Below, piece by piece: positions 29,775 to 40,226 of a DNA stretch of 64,000 nt (position 1 is its first letter; every line of letters begins with the position of its first letter). The stretch is taken from positions 512,001 to 576,000 of the forward strand of contig CALSNU010000001.1 of the NCBI GenBank assembly GCA_943787795.1, in the 5' to 3' direction. A program made the position numbers and the translations under genes. This DNA comes from an uncultured bacterium (GTDB lineage: Bacteria; Planctomycetota; UBA1135; GCA-002686595). Below the pieces are notes generated by a model. That model had not been told where the DNA came from. It saw nothing but the letters and a program-made list of their open reading frames with translations, and did not search any database.

Positions 29775-31721
29775 TCAGGTGAGGGACTCGCCGGCCTCTT
29801 CTAGCGCGCCTCTCAGGAGCTCAATGAGCCTCTGGGGGTCGATCGGCTTCGAGATGAACCCTGAGCAGCCCGACTCCATGGCGCGGCTCTTCTGCTCCGT
29901 CATCACGGATCCGGAGAGCGCGATGATGGGTCCCTTGTAGCCCAGCGACCGGAGGCTCTCGGTGGCCTCATAGCCATCGGTCACCGGCATCTGGAGGTCC
30001 ATCAAGATCATCGTGAAGGGGTCCCCGGCGGCGGTCTTCCCGCGGAATTGGCGGATCGCGTCCCTGCCGTCGACCGCCTCGACGACCTCGACGCCCGCCC
30101 TCTCGAGGATCTTCCTGCCCAGGAGCCGATTGGTCGCCACGTCGTCAACCAGGAGCACATGGACCGGTGCCGTTGGATCGCCGAGGCCGGAGGCTTCTTC
30201 GCCACCGCGCGCCTGACCTCCAGCGGTCTCGTCGGCCGCCGGGGCGGCGAGCGATACCGTGAACGTGCTCCCCTCGCCGAGCTCGCTCTCAACCTGGATG
30301 TCACCGCCCATCATCCGCGCGAGCTTGCGGCTGATGGCGAGGCCCAGCCCCGTTCCCCCGTGGCGGCGCGTATCTGACGAGTCAGCCTGCTCGAAGCTCT
30401 CGAAGATCACCGTACGCATGGAGGGGGCGATACCCGTCCCCGTGTCAGCGACGACGGCGAACAACCGCTCGGCTGCCCAGGACACGGTCACGTTCACCGA
30501 GCCGGCTTCGGTGAACTTGATGGCGTTGTTGACGAGGTTGACGAGGATCTGCCGCAGGCGGATGGGGTCGACCTCGACCAGGGCGGGGACTGAGCTGTCG
30601 CAGGAGGCGACGAAGCGGACCCCTTTGGCCACAGCCGAGGGCTTGAGCATGCTCGCGACCTGCTCGACGATGGAGGTCGGGGCGATTGAGGCGGTCTGGA
30701 TGCCCATGTGCCCGGCGTCGATCTTTGAGAGATCGAGGACGTCTTCGATCAGCTCGAGCAGGTGCTCAGCGCTGTGCCGGATGTGGTTGAGGAACTCTGC
30801 CTCTTCCGTCTCGGTGAGGCCGCCGTCACCCATCAGCGCAGAGAACCCGAGGATCGCGTTCATCGGGGTTCGCAGCTCGTGACTGGTGTTGGCCAGGAAG
30901 GCGGCCCGGGCGGCGAGCGCAGCCTGGAGCTCGCTCGTTCGGGCCAGGACCTCAGCCTCAAGGTCCTCGCGCGTCTTCTGCTGCGCCTCGATGAGCTCCT
31001 TCAGGCGCGCCCCGAGCTCGCGGAGCTCGGTCGGACCCTGTGCGGGGTCCTGGAACCTCCCGTGCTCTCGGGCCTCGATGGCCCGGCTGGCAAGCAGGCG
31101 AACAGGGCGCTCGATGGTGAAGGACATATGCCGCCAGCCGATGAGGAGGACCAGCATGAAGGCGATGGCGCTCGCCCAGGACCGGACCTTCATCTCATGC
31201 CGCTCGGTATCGGCTGCGGCTCGGCGCTGTCCGGCCACCGCCGCGAAGCTATTGCTGATTCGTTCGATGCCGCTGGTGAGCGCCATCGAGGAGGCGTCAA
31301 ACTCGTCGAACAGACTCGCCATCTTGAGCGCCCGCTCGTCCCCGGTGAAGGTCGAAGCCCTCTCGATCGCGCCCAGCATCGTGTCCAGGCTCGCTTCAAG
31401 GAGGTCACAGGTGGATTCCGAGCCCTGGGAGAGCGGGCTCGCCTTGAGCTCGACCAGCTGCTCCTTCACGGAGCCAGCCTGCTCCACCCCGAGGTTGACC
31501 AGGTAGGTCGACTCACCGGCGAGGATCAGATCGCCGGTGAACAGGAAGAAGCGAGCGGCGTCCTCGAATCGGCGCAGGCTCTCGAGCTGTGTATCGTCGT
31601 TCTTGAGCTCGTTACTCGTGTCGATCACCGTGACGGCAGCGTCGCGACCCACGAGGACGAGCCCCGCTCCCGCGAGGGCCAAGCCTGCGATTCGAATCGC
31701 GATATGACTTCCGATGCGCAC
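29775..31721 (-). CDS. Hybrid sensor histidine kinase with periplasmic helical sensor, HAMP and REC domains
   Basis: TM-periplasmic bundle-[43 protein letters not shown] start 14 nt after the upstream stop. Confidence 0.9.
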   Translation of the reverse strand: MRIGSHIAIRIAGLALAGAGLVLVGRDAAVTVIDTSNELKNDDTQLESLRRFEDAARFFLFTGDLILAGESTYLVNLGVEQAGSVKEQLVELKASPLSQGSESTCDLLEASLDTMLGAIERASTFTGDERALKMASLFDEFDASSMALTSGIERISNSFAAVAGQRRAAADTERHEMKVRSWASAIAFMLVLLIGWRHMSFTIERPVRLLASRAIEAREHGRFQDPAQGPTELRELGARLKELIEAQQKTREDLEAEVLARTSELQAALAARAAFLANTSHELRTPMNAILGFSALMGDGGLTETEEAEFLNHIRHSAEHLLELIEDVLDLSKIDAGHMGIQTASIAPTSIVEQVASMLKPSAVAKGVRFVASCDSSVPALVEVDPIRLRQILVNLVNNAIKFTEAGSVNVTVSWAAERLFAVVADTGTGIAPSMRTVIFESFEQADSSDTRRHGGTGLGLAISRKLARMMGGDIQVESELGEGSTFTVSLAAPAADETAGGQARGGEEASGLGDPTAPVHVLLVDDVATNRLLGRKILERAGVEVVEAVDGRDAIRQFRGKTAAGDPFTMILMDLQMPVTDGYEATESLRSLGYKGPIIALSGSVMTEQKSRAMESGCSGFISKPIDPQRLIELLRGALEEAGESLT

Positions 31722-31734
31722 GCTCTGACCTAAC

Positions 31735-32760
31735 CTACTTGCGAGTCTCCGTGAGACCGTGACTCTCGAGGGTCGTGAGCAACTCGAGGGTGGCGAGCTC
31801 CACTGGGCCCGAGCACTTCTCCAAGTCACTCGGCGACTTGTCGACCTGGCCGAGGAACAACCGCGCGACTTCCTTGGTGGGCCAGGCGCCGGGCGTCTCG
31901 AGCTTCAGGATCCTCCCCTCAAGACTCACGGCGTAGGTCAGATCAATGACGATTTCGTCCTGCCGCCAGGCGGTGGAGACGATGGTCCCGAGCGGTCGCT
32001 GCGCCTTGTCGAACACCTGCCACGCCGCCACGGAGTCGCGCTGGACGCCGGTGCCGGCCTCGCCAACCCGCTGCGCCACGAGCGCCAGACAGGGCTCGTT
32101 GTACAGCGGAGAGATCCTCCGGAGCGTGTGGGCGGTGGGCATGGCCCGGTTGGCGAGGGCCATGGCGCGGAGCGCGGTCAGGTCCTCCATCCATGCGGCC
32201 TCTGTGGCCGCGATCGTCTTCAGTCCGTTTCGGATCACGGTGACCGCGAGGTCCGAAGCTGCGGCGTCGATCGTGAGGGATCCGGGCTTAAGCGCGTCAC
32301 CGCCTTCATTGAGCATGGCCTTGAGGTCTCCGAAGCCGGCTCCCGTGAGCTTCTCCCTGGCTTCCGGAGCCTCAAGGGCCGCGCGCTGACGATCTCGGCA
32401 GCGCTGGAACTCGAAGTCCAGCACCTCGAGGTTGAGGTCCAGGCCCCAGGCGACCTCCACGAGGCCCCACCGCCCGGCTTCGCTGCGGACGTGGACGAGC
32501 CCGAGGACCTGATCCCCACGCATGGGGACATAGAGGGTATGCCGGCCCAGCTCGTTGAAGTGAAGGGTGAAGGGGAGCCGCGCACCGATCTGGCGACGGG
32601 CGCCCTGGTCCACCGTCCGGACGATCGATCGATAGCTCGTGGCCTTTGGAAAGAGGCTGTAGATCTGTCGGTTGGGATCGCGGAGCGCGCAAAACGCCTG
32701 GGCGTGGGCGGCGCTGCAGAGCGTCGCGGCGATCAGGAGGTAGCTGAGGAAGCGAGTCAT
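31735..32760 (-). CDS. Secreted/periplasmic protein with two FMN-bind (RnfG/NqrC)-like repeats
   Basis: Signal peptide AHA-Q; FPKATSY...YVP...LGLVHV and MPTAHTL...WQVFD...LGTIV...[10 protein letters not shown] repeats; fold assignment is inference. Confidence 0.6.
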   Translation of the reverse strand: MTRFLSYLLIAATLCSAAHAQAFCALRDPNRQIYSLFPKATSYRSIVRTVDQGARRQIGARLPFTLHFNELGRHTLYVPMRGDQVLGLVHVRSEAGRWGLVEVAWGLDLNLEVLDFEFQRCRDRQRAALEAPEAREKLTGAGFGDLKAMLNEGGDALKPGSLTIDAAASDLAVTVIRNGLKTIAATEAAWMEDLTALRAMALANRAMPTAHTLRRISPLYNEPCLALVAQRVGEAGTGVQRDSVAAWQVFDKAQRPLGTIVSTAWRQDEIVIDLTYAVSLEGRILKLETPGAWPTKEVARLFLGQVDKSPSDLEKCSGPVELATLELLTTLESHGLTETRK

Positions 32761-32784
32761 TGGAGTGGGCCTTGGGCGGTGGTC

Positions 32785-33825
32785 CTAGAAGCGGTAGCGG
32801 AGCTGTAGGGTGAGGGAGCCGGGGTGTCCGCTACCCGGATCAAGGGGCTCGAGCACTTGCACGTACTGGGTGCTCAGCGACCACCCAACGGCGGGTTCCC
32901 AGCGGACGCCCATGAGTGAGTTGAGCCCGGTCTCTCGGTCCTTGTCCGTCGCAACGACCTGGACCCAGGCGAGGATCGTCTCCTCCGGGTTGCGCCAGTT
33001 GACCTCCCCCAGGCCGCGCGTGATGTCCACCGAGTCATTGTCCTTGCCCGTGGAGAACTCGGCAAAGAAGCCCATCGGTCCGCGATAGACCTGGGCGTCG
33101 AGTCCGAAGCGAGTACGGGGCACGATCCCTCCCGGGGTTTGGAACTCTCCGTCCACGAAGGAGAGGCCAAAGACCTCGGCCCCGTCGCGCGGGGTACCAA
33201 GTCGGCCGCTGAGGACGCCGCTGCCGCCGTCGTCGCGATACTCGTTGCCCGAGCCGCGGCTCCAGGCGAACTCGTACTCGAGGGCAGCGAGGTCCCCGTT
33301 CACGGTCGCTCCCCAATCCGCCTTCAGGCCGAAGTTGCCGCCGTGGGTGTAGTCACGGAGCGTTCCGTTGGTGTTGATGGTCTGCTCAAGGCCGTAGGGG
33401 AGCTCGAAGTGCCCGACCCGAAGATTGAGCGCGCCGTCTTGCAGCAGCTTGAAGTTGACGTTCGCGATCCTCCAGATCAGCTCCCAGTCGTCCGGGCCGT
33501 CAAAGACCGGCGGGGTCGGCACGAGATCATTGGCCCGGGTCATGTACGGCTGGAACAGCAGCGTGGCCACGTCGCGGTTACCGCTCGTGAAGACCTTGTG
33601 CAGGTCCAGACCGAAGAAGCCGAGGGACTTCAGGTACCCAGTGTCATCGAAGACCCCTCGACCGCTGACGTCGAACTTCCAACGGAGGTTCTCTCTCCAG
33701 GCGTCGAGCCACGACGGCTCGCGGGTCGGCGTGAGTTGGACGAACTCATCTGGCAGGCCCGGCTGCGTTCCGGACTGTGGAGCGAGGCCGGCGGCCAGAA
33801 TCAACGTGATGGGCAGGAGGGTCAT
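32785..33825 (-). CDS. Outer-membrane beta-barrel (porin-like) protein
   Basis: Signal peptide; amphipathic beta strands, LRVGHFELPYGLE porin-like motif, C-terminal LQLRYRF beta-signal. Confidence 0.75.
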   Translation of the reverse strand: MTLLPITLILAAGLAPQSGTQPGLPDEFVQLTPTREPSWLDAWRENLRWKFDVSGRGVFDDTGYLKSLGFFGLDLHKVFTSGNRDVATLLFQPYMTRANDLVPTPPVFDGPDDWELIWRIANVNFKLLQDGALNLRVGHFELPYGLEQTINTNGTLRDYTHGGNFGLKADWGATVNGDLAALEYEFAWSRGSGNEYRDDGGSGVLSGRLGTPRDGAEVFGLSFVDGEFQTPGGIVPRTRFGLDAQVYRGPMGFFAEFSTGKDNDSVDITRGLGEVNWRNPEETILAWVQVVATDKDRETGLNSLMGVRWEPAVGWSLSTQYVQVLEPLDPGSGHPGSLTLQLRYRF

Positions 33826-34094
33826 GCTGGGCCACGGGTCGTGGAGTCGTCAGGGACTGTCGAGTCTTGGGCAGGTTTGGTCTCTCGGTCCAGGGACGAC
33901 ATCGTCGTTCAGGCGCCTGAAATGAAGAAGGGGGCAGGCTGAGCGGGAAATTTACTTGGAAGAAATGAGGTCGTCGGTCCGCTTCGGACCCGCGATGGGC
34001 AATCCTGTTTCACGGAGAGCGTGCGGAATAATGCCGAGGGCACCCGCATGCGCCGCTCCACTCCTGCACGGACTCTTCTGCTCCCACCGACTCC

Positions 34095-37000
34095 ATGTCC
34101 CTCCGGAACCTGCTCCTCGCCACCGTGGCCCTCGCGTCGGCCGTCGCCGCGTATCTCTTCCTCGCCGGGCCGCCCCCGGAGACCACGGTCGAGGTGAACC
34201 GGAATATCGTCCGGGAAGCGCCGGCGGAGGTCGCGGCCGAGGTGACCCTCGCGAACACATCCGAGGGCGGAGCGGTCCTCGGGCGCCGGGACGCTGCCGA
34301 GGCCGTGCTGGCGGCGGCGACCACCATCGATCATCCGTGGGGCGAGTTGCTGGCCGGGGTGACCGGTCGGATTGTCGAGGAGGACGGATCGCCAGTCGTC
34401 GCCATCCGAGTCGAGCTCCTGGAGGGAGACCTTGGTGCGCTTCTCGAGCCCCAATTCACTGCGATGGGACACGCGGATCTCTCCGCTGGGGAGTGCCTGA
34501 CCGATCCGGAAGGCCGCTTTCTGATCCCAGGTGCGGTGTCCAACGGTTTGCACGCCTTCGCCATCGACAGCGGCGGCGGCCGCTCGACCTTGCGCGTGGT
34601 GGAGCATGGGCTGGAGCCGGGCAGGCTCACGGACGTCGGAGACATCGTGCTGCCTCGCTGTGGAACGGTCACGGGCACCGTCTTTGATGAGGACGGTGAG
34701 CCGGTCCCCGGAGCGCGTGTCCGAATCGCGCCCATCCCGGAGATCGCGCTGCAGGGAACGGGCATCCTCGACCTGCGGGAGAAGTGCATGATCGCCGGCG
34801 CTGACGGCGGTGAGGCCCTGGGGGTCCAGCTCCCCGACTTCCTCATGGCGAACATGAAGCGCCTCCCGATCCCGACCACCACCACGGCCGAGGACGGGAC
34901 GTTCCGCCTGGAGGGCGTTCCTTTCGCGACGGTCTGCGGCGGCGTGGACAAGCCCGGCTACGTCGCGACGGTGATCTCCACCTTCACCATGAGTCAGGAG
35001 GAGCAGTCGGTGGGAGAGCTGGACCTCGAGGTCGGCCGCCGGGTGACCGGGCGGGTGATCGACGAGCTGGGCGAGCCGGTGGCGGGGGCCGAGGTCTGCG
35101 CAGGCGTGACCAGCATGCTCGCCCCCGTCGGAATCCTCCAGCCGACGAACGTGACCGCGGACGACGGGACCTTCGAGGTGATCGGGATCAGCGAGCTGGG
35201 GACCCCGATGGCGTCGGCGCGTCGTTCCGGCCGCGACTCCTGGGTGACCAAGAAGGGCAGCGGGAGCAACGCCGCCGTCGAGATCGTCCTCAGCGCGGCC
35301 GCCCGCCTCGTCGTGCGCGTCGAGGACGAGGAGGGTGAACCGGTCACCGGCGCCGACGTCAAGCTCCGGGAGCAGGACGGAAAGAACGAGGCCATCCCGG
35401 CGCTCGCCCTCTCCATGCTCAATATCCGCACCACCACCCCGCCTCCCTCCGTCAAGGAGCGCGAGCCGGGGATCTACGTCGTGGATGCGCTCGGTCTCGG
35501 GGAGTGGGTCGTGCGAGTGGAGTCCGAGCTGCACGCCCCAGCGGAGACGAAGATCAAGCACAGCTCGGAGGAGACCGAGTGCGTGATCACCTGCCGCCCG
35601 GCGCGGACCGTGACGGCGATGGTCCTCGACGCCGCGACGGGCCTGCCCATCGAGAACGCCTATGTGCGGGTCGCGGGCCAGAGCGACCGCCTCCTCGGGG
35701 GCTTCGCCGCCAGGTTCTCCGACGTCGAGGGCCGCGCGGTGCTCGGCCCGCTCCCGCTCGCGGGGGACAAGGCGCTGGATCAGTCCATGGGGTGGTTCAC
35801 CCTCGAGCCGATCATGACGGTCGAGCACCCGGCCTACGGCTCCGAGGGCAAGCTCTTGCCCAAGGAGAGCGACCAGGTGGTCTTCGAGATGACGCCGGCG
35901 TGCACCCTGAACGGACGGGTCACATGGGCGGGCTCAGCGCCGCTGGAGATCTACATGGTGTCGCTCGTACGGAGGCCCTCCGAGCGCGGAGTGGGGAGGC
36001 CTGGCAGCGACACCACGATGATGATGTCGATGATGATGTCCTCGCCCAGGACCACCCTGACCGACCTGGCCGGCGAGTTCCGGTTCAGCGGCCTCGCGGC
36101 CGGCAGCTACGAGATGATCCTCTCGCGGCGGTTCCTGGACAGCGATCCGCTCGAGTTCATCATCAAGCAGCAGGAGCCCGAGGTCGTCCTGACGCAGCCC
36201 GTGGAGATCGCGTCCGGCGACGAGAACTTCACCGAGATCGAGCTGGAGCCCGATGGAGAGGCCCCGCGGGCGATCTTCACCGGCCGCGTCGAGGTCAACG
36301 GAGAGGGCCTCGCTGGAGCGAAGGTCACCGTCACCCCCGGGAACCGGCGGAACAAGGAGCAGCCCGAGGAGATGGAGTTCCGCACCAACAGCAGCGGCGA
36401 GTTCCGGACCGACCCCCTCTCCACGAACGACTGGGTCAACATCGAGATCGTTGGGGACGTCCAGCTCCCCGGCGGCGCCGTGGAGGAGCGGGAGCTCTTC
36501 TCCGAGTGGAAGAAGCCCAACGTCGACGAGGACAAGAACCGCATCGAGGTGGTGCTCAACTTCGCCGAGGTGGTGATCGAGGTCCTCGACGCGGACACGG
36601 GATCGCCCGTCGCCGGCGCGGAGGTCACCATCGGTGGGCGGAGCCGCGGGGACTGGGGCGGGTTCAGAGGGTCGTTGGCCGTTGAGGCCACCGCGACGGT
36701 CAGGGCAGAGGGCTCCGGGACCGACGCCGATGGGCTCATCACGATCCAGGTGGAGCGCAAGGGCGAGCAGAGCGCGTCGGTCTCGCACCCGGAATACGAG
36801 GAGCTGAGGGCTCAGGTCACCCTGGACCCCGACGGCCCAGCGCCCCACGCGACGCTGCGGCTCCAGCGCTCCGTTCCTTGCGGCGGAAGAGCCGTCCTGC
36901 CGGAGAGCTTCATGGATTCTGATTCGCGCGGCTTCAGCATCCGGCGTGAGGGGCAACGGCGCGGCACCAAATACGTGTCGCTCGACGATGGGGAGGTGTT

Positions 37001-37133
37001 CTCGGTCAGTGGCCTCAAGCCGGGGACCTACACGGCCTCCGCGTGGTCCGGGCGCCGACGCACGAAGTCCCTGACCTTCGAGCTCGGCTCCCAGGGGAAC
37101 CAGAACCTGGTCCTGGAGTTCGAGGAGCGCTGA
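34095..37133 (+). CDS. Membrane-anchored protein with many carboxypeptidase-regulatory-like repeats
   Basis: N-terminal TM; repeated VTGR(V/I).DE.GEPV.GA.V and T..DG.F motifs. Confidence 0.85.
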   Translation: MSLRNLLLATVALASAVAAYLFLAGPPPETTVEVNRNIVREAPAEVAAEVTLANTSEGGAVLGRRDAAEAVLAAATTIDHPWGELLAGVTGRIVEEDGSPVVAIRVELLEGDLGALLEPQFTAMGHADLSAGECLTDPEGRFLIPGAVSNGLHAFAIDSGGGRSTLRVVEHGLEPGRLTDVGDIVLPRCGTVTGTVFDEDGEPVPGARVRIAPIPEIALQGTGILDLREKCMIAGADGGEALGVQLPDFLMANMKRLPIPTTTTAEDGTFRLEGVPFATVCGGVDKPGYVATVISTFTMSQEEQSVGELDLEVGRRVTGRVIDELGEPVAGAEVCAGVTSMLAPVGILQPTNVTADDGTFEVIGISELGTPMASARRSGRDSWVTKKGSGSNAAVEIVLSAAARLVVRVEDEEGEPVTGADVKLREQDGKNEAIPALALSMLNIRTTTPPPSVKEREPGIYVVDALGLGEWVVRVESELHAPAETKIKHSSEETECVITCRPARTVTAMVLDAATGLPIENAYVRVAGQSDRLLGGFAARFSDVEGRAVLGPLPLAGDKALDQSMGWFTLEPIMTVEHPAYGSEGKLLPKESDQVVFEMTPACTLNGRVTWAGSAPLEIYMVSLVRRPSERGVGRPGSDTTMMMSMMMSSPRTTLTDLAGEFRFSGLAAGSYEMILSRRFLDSDPLEFIIKQQEPEVVLTQPVEIASGDENFTEIELEPDGEAPRAIFTGRVEVNGEGLAGAKVTVTPGNRRNKEQPEEMEFRTNSSGEFRTDPLSTNDWVNIEIVGDVQLPGGAVEERELFSEWKKPNVDEDKNRIEVVLNFAEVVIEVLDADTGSPVAGAEVTIGGRSRGDWGGFRGSLAVEATATVRAEGSGTDADGLITIQVERKGEQSASVSHPEYEELRAQVTLDPDGPAPHATLRLQRSVPCGGRAVLPESFMDSDSRGFSIRREGQRRGTKYVSLDDGEVFSVSGLKPGTYTASAWSGRRRTKSLTFELGSQGNQNLVLEFEER

Positions 37134-37197
37134 GCGGGCGGGCGGGGGCTGGCCCGACCGCTGATCCGACGGCTGGCCCCCGCCGGACTCGACCCCA

Positions 37198-38322
37198 TCA
37201 ACCGGGCGCGTCCAGCGAGGCCCTCATCAGGGCCTCGAACCAGCGTCCTGCGCAGTCCTCCCAGCGATGTTCGTGGCAGGGAGGGTGATCGGGAGGGTGA
37301 CCGGGAGGGTGGGCGATGGCGCTGACGGCGATGCACTCCATGATCGCGCGAGCAACCTCGTCCGGGTCGGCCGGGGAGAAGAAGGTGGCCCCATCGCCGC
37401 TGACCTCAAGGTGGGCAGGAATGGCGGAAGCCGCCACGGGGCAGCCCGCGCGGAGCGCCTCGGCGGGCCCGATCCCGAAACCCTCCAGGACAGAGGGAAA
37501 CACCGCGCAGGCGGCCGTGGAGTAGAGGCGCGCCAGCTCCTCATCGGAGACCGTGCCGAGCATCTCGATCTTGCTCGCCAGGCCTCGGTGCTCGGCGATA
37601 GCGAGGAGCCGGGGGGCCGAGTCACCCTTCGCTGCGCCTGCCAGAACGAGGCGCGGGAGCGCGGGGTAGCGGTCCATGGCCTCGATGATGAGGGCGAGGT
37701 TCTTTCGCGGCTCAAGGTGCCCGACGTGGAGCATGAACGGTGAGGAGCTTGGCGCCCGCGGCAGCAGGCGGAGGTGGTCCTCGCCGTTGCCGATGAGGTC
37801 CAGCCGCGAGGCGGCGGTGGGGAACTCCTCGGCGATGCGTGCTCGGACGGCGTCGCTCACGCAGAGGACCCGCTGCGCTCGGGTGACCGCGCTATCCAAA
37901 GTCCTGCGTCCGACGGCCCGGCGGGCGAGGCTCGTACCGCGGAAGTCGAGGCTGCGCAGGTCGTGGACGGTGAGGGTGTACGGGACAGGCAGGCCCGCCG
38001 GGGCCGGGAGGTGTCCGGTGTGAACCAGGTCGAACGGCGCGCCCAAACGAGCGGCCTCCCCAAGGCAGCGCCGCAGCGCCCGGCCTTCCTTGAGCGCCCG
38101 CATGAGCGCGGGCTGATAGGGGACGTCGCTTGGGACCCTGGCGATGTCGGAGGGGAGGTCCCAGCCCACCGGAGTCCGGCCCTCCATCACGGTCAGGCCT
38201 CCTCCGGCCCCGCGGAGGAGCCGCTCGAGCCGCGGGAGCAGCTCGGCATTGTGTCGCCGGACGCCACCCGCAGGTTGTCCGAGGCAGGCACCCGAGACGA
38301 GGACTCGGGGAGCCCGCGTCAA
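37198..38322 (-). CDS. Glycosyltransferase family 4
   Basis: TTG start overlapping upstream stop; TVHDL, VGHLEPRKN, EGFGIGPAEA. Confidence 0.88.
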   Translation of the reverse strand: MTRAPRVLVSGACLGQPAGGVRRHNAELLPRLERLLRGAGGGLTVMEGRTPVGWDLPSDIARVPSDVPYQPALMRALKEGRALRRCLGEAARLGAPFDLVHTGHLPAPAGLPVPYTLTVHDLRSLDFRGTSLARRAVGRRTLDSAVTRAQRVLCVSDAVRARIAEEFPTAASRLDLIGNGEDHLRLLPRAPSSSPFMLHVGHLEPRKNLALIIEAMDRYPALPRLVLAGAAKGDSAPRLLAIAEHRGLASKIEMLGTVSDEELARLYSTAACAVFPSVLEGFGIGPAEALRAGCPVAASAIPAHLEVSGDGATFFSPADPDEVARAIMECIAVSAIAHPPGHPPDHPPCHEHRWEDCAGRWFEALMRASLDAPG

Positions 38323-39305
38323 GCCAACGATCTCCAGAGCCGAACGAGGTCGTCCGCCGTCCGCTCCCAGGTGAAGTCCTCCGCGACTGCGCGCGTCATG
38401 AGCCGGTGCTGCGGGCTGGCGTGGATCGCCATGAGCAGGCCCCGGGAGACGGCCCCGGCGTCCCGCGCGTCGACCTCGATGGCCGTCCCCATCGCGGTCT
38501 TCGCCTGCACGGTCCTCGCGGCGGTCACGACCGGCCGACCGGATCGCATGGCCTCGAGGACAGGCAGGGCGAACCCCTCGGACTTCGACAGGACGGCGAG
38601 GCACCCGGAGGCCCGCACCAGGGCCGGGATGAAGCGCTCCTCCACCTCGCCAAGGAGGGTCAGGGAGCTGGAGCGGGCCCGCACAGCCTCGGCGTAGGGG
38701 GTCACTCTCCCAGTGGCGATCACGGGGAGCTTGGCGAGCTCAGCGCCCGCACAGATCCGGTCGAGGCGCTTCTTCTGGCGGTTCCCGAGCGAGAGAACGT
38801 AGGGCCCTTCAGGCAGCTCGGGGATGGCCTGCCGCAGCAGGTCGTCGGTCTCGTCCTTGGTGGATGTGAAGCGGTCGCTGACGCCCCAGGAGACGACGCG
38901 CAGACTCGGGTGAGCGCCGAGGTCGTCCGCGACGCCAATGGAAGGAACGCAGGTGGCCGCGGCCCAGCGCTTTCCGGCGGAGACCCAGAGCCTGTGGACC
39001 GGCCCCGCGTTCTCCCGGGCGCCGTGCTGCCACGGCGCCTCGTGGACCGTCTGGACGACGGGGACCGAGCAGCGCAGAGTGAAGGCCGAGGTGAACGAGT
39101 GGAGGACATCAGCCCGGACCGCCGCGACCGTCCGCGGGAGCGAGGTCTGGCGCCACGCAATGAGTCGACCTCGATCCGGGGGAGCGATGGGGACGACGCT
39201 GATGTCATCCCGTGCCTCCAGGGCTTCCAGGGTCGCACGGACCACGCGGGTCACTCCCGAGGGGAAGACTCGGGTGATGGGAGAAATATCGATCGCGACA
39301 CGCAT
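38319..39305 (-). CDS. Glycosyltransferase family 4
   Basis: MRVAID...SGVTR, TVHE, EGFALPVLEAM, FTWERTA. Confidence 0.88.
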   Translation of the reverse strand: MRVAIDISPITRVFPSGVTRVVRATLEALEARDDISVVPIAPPDRGRLIAWRQTSLPRTVAAVRADVLHSFTSAFTLRCSVPVVQTVHEAPWQHGARENAGPVHRLWVSAGKRWAAATCVPSIGVADDLGAHPSLRVVSWGVSDRFTSTKDETDDLLRQAIPELPEGPYVLSLGNRQKKRLDRICAGAELAKLPVIATGRVTPYAEAVRARSSSLTLLGEVEERFIPALVRASGCLAVLSKSEGFALPVLEAMRSGRPVVTAARTVQAKTAMGTAIEVDARDAGAVSRGLLMAIHASPQHRLMTRAVAEDFTWERTADDLVRLWRSLA

Positions 39306-39369
39306 CAGTCGGAAGCCTTCCACGAACAACCCTACACTGGTCCGCTCCATTCCTGACGACGCAACCCAC

Positions 39370-39765
39370 ATGACGACCCTCACCTTGAGCCCGCTCCGAC
39401 GCCTGGCTCCGCTTCTCCTCGCGGTCAGCGTCCTTCCCGGCTGCTTCTTCAGCCGATCTCAGACGAATCCCGAGTTGAGCCCGGAGCTCGCGAGCCAGAT
39501 CATCCCCGCGCAGTCCACCGCCGCTGACGTGACTGAACTCCTGGGTGCACCGAACGAGGTCGTCCAGCTGGGGCTTCGGACGGCCTGGCGCTACGAGCAT
39601 ACGGTCGAGAAGCAGAGCGCTGCCTTCCTCGTGTTTCTCGGGCTGCGTGGTGTGGATACTCAGTCAGATCGCGTCTGGGTGTTCTTCGATAGCGAGGGCA
39701 ACGTGACGAACATCGGGACTCAGTTCCAGGCCTCTGAGGCCGAGTACGACGTCCCCATCTTCTGA
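39370..39765 (+). CDS. Lipoprotein, BamE/SmpA-OmlA-like
   Basis: Lipobox LPGC; STAADVTELLGAP...WRY...VFFDSEGNV pattern. Confidence 0.7.
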   Translation: MTTLTLSPLRRLAPLLLAVSVLPGCFFSRSQTNPELSPELASQIIPAQSTAADVTELLGAPNEVVQLGLRTAWRYEHTVEKQSAAFLVFLGLRGVDTQSDRVWVFFDSEGNVTNIGTQFQASEAEYDVPIF

Positions 39766-39767
39766 GC

Positions 39768-40214
39768 GTGTTGTCCAAGCCCCTCAAGTGCTCCGCGCTG
39801 CTTGCGCCGTTGTTGGCCTCCTGCGTGACCGGTGACTACAACCAGACCCGGGTCTACCAGCCCGTGTCGGAGGAGGCTGTGGCGGCGCTGGAGGTTGGTC
39901 GATCCGGGCTCGAGCAGGCGCTCGAGGATCTCGGGGCACCGCTCCAGGTCATCGAGCTCGGGGCGGGGGCTGCGCTGGCCTGGGGCTGGAAGGAGGCCAC
40001 GGACTGGAACGTCACCGGCTCGGCCAGCATCGGGAGCGTGCGCGGTCGTCTTCAGTTCGCCAACGCGGCCCTCGAGTTCCCGGGCGTGGTGCTCTTCTTC
40101 GACGGTGACTGGGTCCTCATGGCCAAGGAGAGAGGGTTCCTCTCCGAGCTCTTGCTGCGGCCCCAGCTCCCCCGTCTGGTCGAGGACGGCGGCGCCCCCG
40201 AGACCGGAGCCTGA
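39768..40214 (+). CDS. Lipoprotein, BamE/SmpA-like paralogue
   Basis: Lipobox LASC; LEVGRSGLEQALEDLGAP...W.W...LFFDGD. Confidence 0.65.
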   Translation: MLSKPLKCSALLAPLLASCVTGDYNQTRVYQPVSEEAVAALEVGRSGLEQALEDLGAPLQVIELGAGAALAWGWKEATDWNVTGSASIGSVRGRLQFANAALEFPGVVLFFDGDWVLMAKERGFLSELLLRPQLPRLVEDGGAPETGA

Positions 40215-40226
40215 GAGGACCAGATC

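Noticed and set aside
37277..37312. HPPGHPPDHPPCHEH His-rich insert in a GT4 C-terminus as a metal-binding site
   Set aside because: It arises from a 12-bp tandem repeat (GGGAGGGTGA-NN) in a variable linker and is most simply repeat expansion
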